Source of the DNA: Mobula hypostoma
Taxonomy: Eukaryota
Length of the DNA stretch: 64,000 bases
Direction: 5' to 3'
NCBI RefSeq assembly: GCF_963921235.1
Contig: NC_086097.1
Span: forward strand, 104,658,001-104,722,000
Shown here: piece by piece, positions 50,020-60,075 of the stretch
Layout: the number at the start of each line of letters is the position of its first letter
Position numbering within the stretch: the first letter of the stretch is position 1
Notes under the pieces: model-generated
Told to the model about the DNA's origin: nothing
The model's input: the letters and a program-made list of their open reading frames with translations, nothing else
The model's database searches: none
Made by a program: the position numbers and the translations under genes

Positions 50020-52145
50020 TTGCTCCATGCTCTGGAGTCTGTGGTCTATGGTCTCTGCCCTAAACTCTATGGTCTGAGCTCTGTGGTCTGTGGTGTATAG
50101 CCTCTGGCCTATGCTGTACAGTCTGTAGTCTATGGTCTTTGGACTAAGCTCTTCGGTCTGTGGTCTACTATCTGCGGTGTACGTTCTGTGGTCTATGGTT
50201 TCTAGCCTAATGTCTTCGACTGTGTTCTGCAGTCTGTGGTCTATGGTCGTTAGCCCAAACTCCACTGCCTAAGATCTATGGTCTGTGGTCTGTAGGCTCT
50301 GGCCTCAGCTCTTCAGTCTTTGATCTATGTTCACTAGCCGAAGCTCGTCAGTTTCTGCTCTATGGTTTGTAGTCTATGGTTTCTGGCCTTAACTCTTCAA
50401 ACTGTGTTCTGTAGTCTCTGGCATAAGCTCTACTATCTGAGCTCTGTGGTCATTAGTCTATGGTCTCTTGTAGAAGCTCTGTGGTCTGTGTTCAATGGTC
50501 TCTCACCAAAGCTCTATGGTCTGTGGTACATGGACTCTTGACTAAGATCAACAGTCTGTGCTCTAAAGGATGTTGTCTATGGTCTCTGGTCTAGGCTCTG
50601 CTCTAGCTCTATGGTCAGTGGTCTATGGTCTCTGGCCAAAGGTCTGTGGTCTATATTCTGCAGTTTATAGTCTAACGGCTCAAACCTATATTCTACGGTC
50701 TGTGCTCTACGGTGTGTGGTCTCTGGTTTCTGGCACTAGCTCTACTGTCTGTGGACTATGGTCTCTGCCGTAAGATCTACAGTAGGAGCTCGATAGTCTA
50801 TGGTCTATGTCCTGTGGTCTATGCCCTCTGGCCTAAGCTCTTCAGTCTGTGCTCTGCGATTTGTGGTCTATGGTCTCGGGCCTAAACTCCTCGAACTGTG
50901 TTCTACAGTCTCTGCGATCGCTCATCTAAGCTCTCCGGCCTGTGCTCATGTCTGTAGTTAATGGTCTCTCGTCGAAGTTCTGCTGTCTGTGGTCTGTGGT
51001 CACTGGCCTAAGCTCTACTGTCTGTGCTCTATGATCTGTCATCTATAGTCTCTGACCTAAGGTCTGTGGACTTTGATCTACACTGTGCTGTCTCTGGTCT
51101 ATTGCCTAAACTCTATGATCTGTGCAATACGGACTTTGGTCAATGGTCTCTGCTTAAGTTCTACCGTATGTGCTCCATGGTCCGTGGTCTTTGGCCTGTG
51201 GCCTAAGTCTTACGGTCTGTGTTCTATGGTCTGTGCTCTCTGGTCTCTGGCACTAGCTCTACGGTTTGTCGTCTATGGTCTAAGGTCTACACTATGAGGT
51301 CTAGTGTCTATGGCCTATGATCTCTGGCCTATGCACTACGATCTGTGGTCGAAGCTCTGCTGTCTCTGCTTTAAGGTCCTTGATCTATTGTCTATGGCCT
51401 AAATTTAGAGTCTCTGTTCTAAAGTATGTAGTCTTTGGTCTTGGGCTCTGTGGTCTGTGGTGAATGGTCTCTGGCCTCAACTCTTCAAACTGTGCTCTGC
51501 AGTCTGTGTTCTATGGTCTCGAGCCTACGGTCTACCGCCTATCCTCTATGGTCTGTAGTCTATGGTCTCTCATAGAAGTTCTGTGGTCTATGGCCAATGG
51601 TCACTGGCCTAAGCTCTACAGTCTGTGATCGATTATTTGTCAACTATAGTCTGTGATATAAGATGTATGGACTATGCTCTACAGTCTGTGGTCTTTGGTC
51701 CCTGGCTGAACCTCTTCAGTCTGTGCTCTATGGTCTGTAGTCTATGGTCTCTCGTAGAAGCTCTCTGGTCCGTGCTCAATAGTTGTCATCTATGGTCTCT
51801 GACCTAAGCTATATGGACGATGCTCCACAGTCTGAGTTCTACATTCCATGCTCCATGTTCTATGGTCTATGCTCTGTGGTCTCTGGCACGTGCTCTGTGC
51901 TCTATCCTCCATGATCTATGGTGTATGCTCTATGGTCTATGCTCTGCTCTATACTCTATGGTCAATGCTATATTTTCTTTTGTCTTGGCTACATGGTCTA
52001 TGCTGTGTGGTCTACCGTCTATGCTCTCTTCTCTGCATTATGGTGTATGTTTGTTGTCTTGGCTATATGGTCTCTGCTCTGCAGTCCATGCTATTTGCTC
52101 TGTGGTCTGTAATGTATCGTCTACGCTCTGTGCTCCATGCTCTAT
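50020..52145 (+). repeat. Heptamer-based satellite (CTATGGT/CTGTGGT/CTCTGGC/CTAAGCT) with higher-order units
   Basis: Reads in 7-nt register as ctgtggt ctatggt ctctggc ctaagct ctacggt; a simpler (ctatgct)-like block lies at about 51830-52145. Confidence 0.88.
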
Positions 52146-54642
52146 GATGTAGAAACATATGATGATATGTAGAAACGTATGATGTGGAGTCGTTTGGAAC
52201 CAGTATTATATGCTCCTTAAATGGAAGAAGTTTGAGTCAATTACATAAGAAATAGCATATGGTGCTGATCACTTTTCAAGCATTTTCATCACAGTGGCGC
52301 AGCTTCACCGAAAATGCTAATGAGAGAAAGTAATGCATAGAAACCAAAAATCATACATTTCCATTTTGCTCAAAAATACGGAGGGGTAATTAGGTGCAAA
52401 TGTATTATTTATACGAAACCTATGATGTAAAGTCTTTTGGAACCAGTATTATGTGCGTGGTCCTGAAACTGAACAAGTTTGAGGCATTAACTTAACAAAT
52501 TGCACAGGATCGAGATTTAGTGTTTTCACAGCAAAAGACGTACAATGCCAATTGCCAGGAAAGTTCCTAAGTGGCAATGTGCCATAAACAACCACAATTT
52601 AGGCATTCTATGTTTTTTATCTGTATACTTTACATTCTGCTCTGTGCACTTAAGTTTTCAGTTTGAAGTGGCAATGTGATGAAAATGCTTGAATACAGAG
52701 CAGGACCATTGAATACATAAAGTGAAGCGGTTTCCAACAAGTTGCCACATGGCATTTTCCTGGAACTGCATATTGTATGCCATTTGCACTGAAAAGGCTA
52801 AATCTTGATAATGTGCAATTTTTTATATAACTGATACTAACTTCTGTTTAAGGAGCATACACATAATACTGGTTCCAAATGACTCTGCATCATATGTTTT
52901 GTAAGAATAATACGTTTATACATTGTCACCCCTCAGTATTTTTGAGCATAATTGTACTGAATGCTTTTTAGTCTGTATGCTTTACTTACTGCTTTATGCA
53001 TTTTGTGTAATCTATGTGCATTTATCTTCTCAGGTTGAAGTGCTACAGTGATAAAATGCTTGAATAGTGATCAGCAACATAAAATACCTAAATTGCATTG
53101 GTTTAGAACACGTTACTCAATTCTGTGCAATTTGTGATATAACTGATACTAACTTATCCAGTTTAAGGACCACACACATAATACTGCTTCCAAATGACTC
53201 TAAGTCATACGTTTCCTAAAAATAATACATTTACACCTAGTTACCCCTCAGTATGCTTGAGCAAAATGTAAATGGGTGTTTTTGTCTGAATGCTTTACTT
53301 TCTATTATGTGCATTTTGAGCAATCTATGTGCATCTAACTTTACAGATTGAAGTACCACAGTGAAGAAAATGCTTGAATAGTAATCAGCAATGTAGAATA
53401 CCTGAATCGAAGTGGTTTACAGTACTTTACCGCTTAGGAAGTTTGCTGGCAATTGGTAATGCACACATTTTGCTCTGAAAAGGCTAAATCTCGATTCTGT
53501 GCAATTTGTTATATAACTGACACAAACTTATCCAGTGTAAGGATCACACACATAATACTGCTTCCAAACGAATCTACATCATATATTTCTTAAAAATAAT
53601 ACATTTACACGTTGTTACCCCTCAGTATTTTTGAGCATAATTGAAATGTATGCTTTTTAGTCCGTATGCTTTACACTGTGCACTTTGTGTAATCTATGTG
53701 CATTTAACTTTTCAGATTAAAGTACTGCTATGATGAAGATATTTAAATAGTGATCACCAACATAGAATACCTTAATTGCAGTGGTTTACAACACGTTACC
53801 ACATAGGAACATTCTGGGCAGTTAGCATTATATGCCTTTTGTTCTGAAAACGCTAAATCTCGATTCTGTGCAATTTGTGATATAACTAACACTACCTTTT
53901 CCGCTTTAAGGACCGCACACATAATACTGGTTCCAATCAACACTAAACCATAAGTTTCCTATAAAATAATTGATTTACACCTAGTTAGCCTTCAATATTC
54001 TGGATTAAAATGTAAATAAATGGTTTTTGGTCTGAATGTGCATTTTGTGTAAACTATGTGCACTTAACTTTTCAGGTTGAAAATGTGCTGAAAATGCTTC
54101 AATACAGAGCAGCACATAAAGTGAATTGGTTTAAAAATAATTTGCCACATGGCATTCTCCTGGAACCTCAGTTTGCTCTGAAAATGCTAAATCCCAATTC
54201 TGTAGTGTCTCTGTGTTTTAAGTGCCTGGATAGTGATCAGCAACAGAGTATACCTAAACTGTAGTGGCTCACAGCACATTACCACAGAGGAACTTCTGCA
54301 GTTTGTTATATAACTGACTGTAATTTCTTCAGTTTAAGGAGCGTACACCTAATATTGGTTCCAAACAACTCTACATCATATATTGCGTAAAAATGATACG
54401 TTTACTTCTTGTTACCCCTGTATTTTTGAGCATAATTGAAATGTATGTTTTACTTCTGCTGTGTGCATTTTGTGTAATCTATGGGCATTTAACTTTTCAG
54501 ACCGAAGTGTCTCAGGGATGGAAATGCTTGAATAGTGATCAGCAACATACAATACCTAAATTGTAGTGGTTTACAGCACGTTACTGCGTAGGAACTTTCC
54601 TGGCAATTGATATTGTACGCCTTTTGCTCTGAAATCGCTAAA
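52146..54642. repeat. AT-rich ~370-bp tandem repeat with an internal orientation switch at about 52615
   Basis: Anchor cataatactg(g/c)ttccaa at about 52862, 53177, 53551, 53920 and 54349; its reverse complement tttggaaccagtatta at about 52193 and 52436. Confidence 0.8.
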
Positions 54643-57600
54643 TAGACGACAGACTACAGAGCTTCGCCAAGAGAAAACAGACTACAGGCAGTAGAGCTTA
54701 TGCTAGATACCATAGACTAGAGACTGCAGAACACAGTTTGAAGAGTTAAGGCCAGAGAGCATAGACCACAGTCCGTATGGCACAGATCGTAGAGCTTAGG
54801 CCAGAGACCACAGTCCACATCCACAGTGAGTAAGGCATAGTCTGCAGAGCTTAGGTCAGAGACCATAGACGATAGATCACAGACCACAGACCACAGAGCT
54901 TCTACGAGCAACTATGGGCTACAAACCGTAGAGTCCAGGCAGTTGAGCTTAGGGTAGAGACCATAGACCACAGACTGCAGAACACTGTTCAAAGAGATTG
55001 GGCCAGATATCATAGACCATAAACCATAGGCAACAGACCGAACAGCTTTGGCTAGAGATGATATACCACAGACTGTAGAGCTTAGGCACGAGACCAAAGA
55101 CCACAGACCATAGACCACAGAGTGCAGAGCTTCGACTACAGACCATAGACTGAGAGCAAAGAACATTGAGTTTAGGCCAGAGAACACAGACCATAGACTA
55201 TCGAGTTCAAATGGCAGAGACCATGGACTACAGTGAGTAGAGCTTGCGGCAGAGACTGGAGAACACACATCGTAAAGCACAATCTGTTGAGCTTAGGCCA
55301 GAGAGCATGGACCACAATCCGTACTGCTCTGGCCAGGGACCATTTTCCAGAGACTGTGGAGTTTCTGCCAGAGACCATAGAGCAGAGACTGTAGATATTA
55401 GGCCAGAGTCCATGTTCCACAGACCGTAGAACTTAGGATAAAGACCGTAACCCACAGACTGCAGAACACAGTTCTCACTTTGGGCCAGCGAACATAGACC
55501 ACAAACTGAAGAGCAAAGACTGAAGACCTTAGGCCAGAGATCATAGACCACAAGCCGCAGAGCACAGATGGAAGAGCTCCTGCTAGAGACAATAGACCAC
55601 AGAACATTGATGACTGACAATAGACCACAGACCGAAAAGTTTCGTCAGGAGACCATAGACTACAGACCATGCAGGTTAGGCCAGTGGCCATAGACCACAA
55701 ACCGCAGAGCTCAAAGCGTAGAGAGTCCGCCAGAGACCATGGACCACAGACCTGAGATCTTGGGCCAGAGATAGACCATCGACCATACAGCACAGGCCAA
55801 AGAACTTCGGCGAGAGACCATAGACCACAGACTGTAGAGCTAATGCCAGAGACCATAGACCACAGTCCATATAGCACAGATCGTAGAGCTTAGGCCAAAG
55901 ACCACAGACCACAGAGTGTAGGGCATTGTCCATAGAGCTTAGATTAGAGACCATGGACAACAGATCAGAGAACACAGACCGTAGAGCATAGGCCAGGTAC
56001 CCTAGACCGGAGACCTCAGAGCTTCTACAATAGACAAGAGACCATTGACTACCATAGATTAGAGACCATATAGCACAGACTGCAGAACACAGTTCGAAGA
56101 GATGGGCTGGAGATCATAGACCATAAACCGTAGACAACAGATCAAAGTGCTTTGGCCACAGACCGTGGAGCTTAGGCCAGAAAAGACAGACCACAAACTG
56201 TACAGCATAGTCCATAAAGCTTAGGTTAGAGACATTAGATGACAGATCATAGAGGACAGACAAGCTTAGGCCAGTGACCATAGACCACAGACCGCAGAGC
56301 TTCGTCGAGAGACAATAGACTACAGGCGGTAGAGCTTAGGCTAGAGATCAGAATGTAGAGAGTCAGAAAGAGACCATGGACCACAGACTGTAGACCTAAT
56401 ACCAGAGCCCACATAGACCACATTCCATATAGCACAGATGGTAGAGCTTAGGCCAGAGACCACAGACCATAGAGTGTAGGGCATAGTCCATAGAGCTTAG
56501 AATTGAGACCATGGACGACAGATCAGAGAGCACAGACCATAGAGCATAGGCCAAGTGCCCTAGACCAGAGACCTCAGAGCTTCTACGAGAGACCGTAGAG
56601 CACAGCCAGTATAGCTTAGACTAGAGACCATAGACAACAGACTGCAGAACACAGTTCAAAGAGATGGGCCAGAGATCATAGACCACAAGCTGTACACAAC
56701 AGATCGAGAAGCTTAGGCCAGAGACCATAGACCACAGACTGCAGAGCACAGAATGTAGAGCTTCGGCCAGAGACCATAAACCACAAACTGTAGAGTATAG
56801 TCCATAGAGCTTAGGTCAGAGACTATAAACGACAGATCATACAGCACAGACCGCAGAGCTTAGGCCAGTGATCGTAGACCACAGAACACAGAGCTACGCC
56901 AAGAGACAATAGACTACAGGCAGTAGAGCTTAGGCTAGAGACCATAGACCACAGACTGTAGAACATATTTTGAAGAGTTAAGGCCAGAGACCATAGACCA
57001 CATACCTTACAGCACAGACCAACGAGCTTCGGCTAGATAACATAGACAACAGAGCGTAGATCTTGGGCCAGAGACAGCAGTTCACATCCACAGAGTGTAG
57101 GATATAGTCCATAGAGTTTAGATCAGAAACCATAGACAACAGATCATAGACCACAGACCACAGAGCAACCAGACAATACAGACCATAGGGCATAGGCAGT
57201 TGAGCTCAGGGTAGAGACCATAGACCAGAGACTGCAGAACACTGTTCGAAGAGATTGAGCTAGAGATAATAGACCACAAACCGTAGACAACAGATAGAAG
57301 AGCTTTGGCTACAGACCATAGACCACAGACTGTAGAGATAAAGCCAGAGACCATACACCAGAGGCTATAAAGCTTAGGCCAGAGAGCATAGACCACAAAC
57401 CATGCTGCTTTGGCCACAGACCATTGTCCACAGACCGAATTTTGGCCAGAGACCATAGAGCAGAGACCGTAGATATTAGGCAAGAGTCCATATTCTACAG
57501 ACCGTAGAGTTTAAGCTAAAGACCATAGCTCACAGACTTGCAGAACACAGTTCAAAGAGTTTGGGCCAGAGACCATAGACTACAAACTGTAGAGCACAGA

Positions 57601-58377
57601 CTGAAGAGCTTAGGCCAAAGACCACTGATGAAAAACCATAGATATTAAGCCAGAGACCATAGATCATAGTCCATATAGCACAGCTCTTACAGCTTAGGCC
57701 AGAGACCAGAGACCACAGATTGTTGAGCATAGTCCATAGAGCTTAGATCAGTGACTGTAGAGGACAAATCATATTGCACAGATCGTAGCGCTTTGGCCAG
57801 TGACCATAGACCAAAGACTGTACAGAATACTCCATACATCTTATGTCACAGAGTATAGATGACAGATCATAGAGCACAGATCATAGAGCTTAGGCCAGTG
57901 ACCATGGACCACAGACCACAGAGTTTCCACGAGAGACCATAGACTACAAACCATAGAGCATAGGTGGTAGATCTGAGGCTAGTGACCATAGACAACAGAT
58001 TGTAGAGCTCAGTTCAGAGAGTTTAGGCCAGAGACCACAGACCACAAACCGTACAGCATAAACCGATGAGCTTCGGCTGGAGACCATAGGCCACAGATGG
58101 TATAGCTTTGGCCAGAGACCAAAGACCACAGACAATTGAGCTTCGACCAGAGATCATAGACCATAAACCGTAGAGCAAAGTCCATAGGGCAGAGGTATGA
58201 GACCATAGATGACAGATCACTGAGCACAGACCGTAGAGCTTCGGCCAGTGACAGACCATAGACTGCAGAGCTTGGAATAGAAACCATAGACTACAGGCAG
58301 TAGAGCTTAGGCTCGAGATCATAGACCACAGACTCTCAGAACACAGTTCCAGGAGTCTAGGCCAGAGATCATAGATC
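54643..58377 (-). repeat. Heptamer satellite, inverted orientation
   Basis: accatag accacag / agcttag gccagag units, the reverse complement of 50020-52145. Confidence 0.88.
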
Positions 58378-58481
58378 TGTCATGGTCCTGGCCATCCCTC
58401 CCTTTTATTCCTCATGTTCTCCTAATTCCCTTTTCCCCATGTTTCTCCTGCTCCCCTGTCTGTGTGCGTGTGCATGTGTGT

Positions 58482-58535
<54 letters not shown>

Positions 58536-59061
58536 ACGCGCGCAGTGGACGTTCCTTTTGTTCTCCCGGGCTTCCTGATTGCGGCGCACCTGAATCCCAT
58601 CTAACCTGCAGCATAAATACCCCGGCTTTCCATCCACTCATCGCCAGATCATTGCTTCAGCCAGTGTGGTAGTTCACATTCTAGGCCGCTTAGAATTGTG
58701 TATTCTAAGTTTTGTTTTTGCGCTGTTGTCTGCCTGTCTCTCCGTGTTAACAGGAGCATTGCATGCTGCCTACCTTCACGTTCATCCTCCTACCTGCCGT
58801 TCTCTTCCAGCCACGCTCACACCCTTGTCTGCATCCCTGCTCTGCCTCATCCCGCCACCCGCCTACACTCTCCGCTGGCTCAGTGGTTAAACGCTGTGCT
58901 CTCACCGCAGTGACCCAGGTTCAATCCCCAGTCAAGCCACGCTCTTTCCTCTGCCGAATCCTCACTCCCCAGCCTTCCCTGCAATCATTAATAAACACTC
59001 GTCAGATTACTCTACCTCCATGTCAGTATCCTGTGTTTGGGTTCACCCGTTCATTGCAACA
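58378..59061 (+). repeat. 5' LTR of the sushi-type element
   Basis: tgtcat...gcaaca; TATA-like cataaata at 58612; AATAAA near 58990; (TG)n at about 58460-58534. Confidence 0.85.
58869..58938 (+). other. tRNA-Glu(CTC)-derived cassette inside the LTR (not a functional tRNA gene)
   Basis: A box tggctcagtgg (58876-58886); anticodon arm ctgtg-ctCTCac-cgcag; B box ggttcaatcc (58918-58927); acceptor stem does not pair. Confidence 0.75.
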
Positions 59062-59077
59062 GAACGATCCGGCCAAC

Positions 59078-60075
59078 AGGTACCCAGCGGACACAAACAC
59101 CATCCAACATGCCCTCGCCAGCCAGGGTCCCCTACTGGGGCAGCATGACCAACTCCTCCGGGAGGTCATGGAGGACCCACATTCCCTGTCTGCTCACGTC
59201 ACGCAGATCGGTAACCAGGTGGACCGTGTCTCCACTTATATCACTCAACCCACACCTGGAACCCAGCCTAGCCAGCCCAGACAGCCTGTAGCGGCAACCC
59301 CTCAAGCTTCACCAACAACCCCGCCCAGACAGCCTCACATACCAGAGCTTGAGCACTACGCTGGAGACCTGGGGAAGTGTCGGGGTTTCCTCCTTCAGTG
59401 TTCCCTGGTGTTGGAGCAGCAGCCGTTGACCTACTCCACAGATAAGTCTAAAGTTGCTTATGTCATGGGGTTGCTAAGGGGGAACGCTTTAGCGTGGGCC
59501 ACAGCAGTCTGGGACAACCAACCTGATTTCTGCTCCTCTTTCGCCAGTTTCATTGCAGAGATGAGAAAGGTCTTCGATCACCCGGTCCGGGGTAAAGACA
59601 CCGCCAAGCACCTACTCATTCTCCGCCAGGGCTCCCACAGTGTTGCTGAATATTCAGTGGAGTTCCGGACGTTAGCAACCGACCTGGGGTGGAACGATGA
59701 GTCACTCCAGGGGGTATTTCTGAATGGACTTAGCAACCTGATGAAGGTCGAGTTGGCGGCAAGAGACGATACCAACAGCCTGGATTCCCTGATCTCCCTG
59801 GCCACCAGGTTGGACAATCGCCTCCGGGAGCACCATAGAGAGAGAACTGGTTGTCCACCACCCTTGGACACTTCTCTGCTCTTTTTACCGCCTCCCCCCA
59901 GAACAAACCTCTCTCCCCATCCTGCAGCCCAAGTAGCTCCCAGCCCTGCCGCTTCAACAGCCCTGGGAGATGCAGCTGGGGTGGAACTGCCTATCTCCCG
60001 CTGAACGACTCCGGAGAATGAGAGCGGGCGAGTGTTTATATTGCGGTCAGTCCAGACACTTCCTTGCCACCTGTT
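59078..60075 (+). pseudogene. Sushi-type Gag (related to the PEG10/RTL-type capsid)
   Basis: PELEHYAGDLGKCRGFLLQC..KVAYVMGLLRGNALAWA..LRQGSHSVAEYSVEFRTLA..WNDESL; no intact start codon; CCHC in a shifted frame. Confidence 0.85.

Noticed and set aside
49879..58322. Many Cys/Leu/Trp/Val/Ser-rich ORFs
   Set aside because: They are translations of the 7-bp satellite with no domain signal.
58382..58672. CVCVCV and HTHTHT ORFs
   Set aside because: They are translations of the (TG)n microsatellite in the LTR.
58869..58938. Functional tRNA-Glu gene
   Set aside because: The acceptor stem (tctccgc/tcaagcc) does not pair, the D and T stems are imperfect, there is no nearby run of four or more T, and it lies within an LTR.
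58763..59077. N-terminal part of the 413-aa ORF as Gag
   Set aside because: It lies within the LTR and PBS; Gag homology starts only after about 59078.
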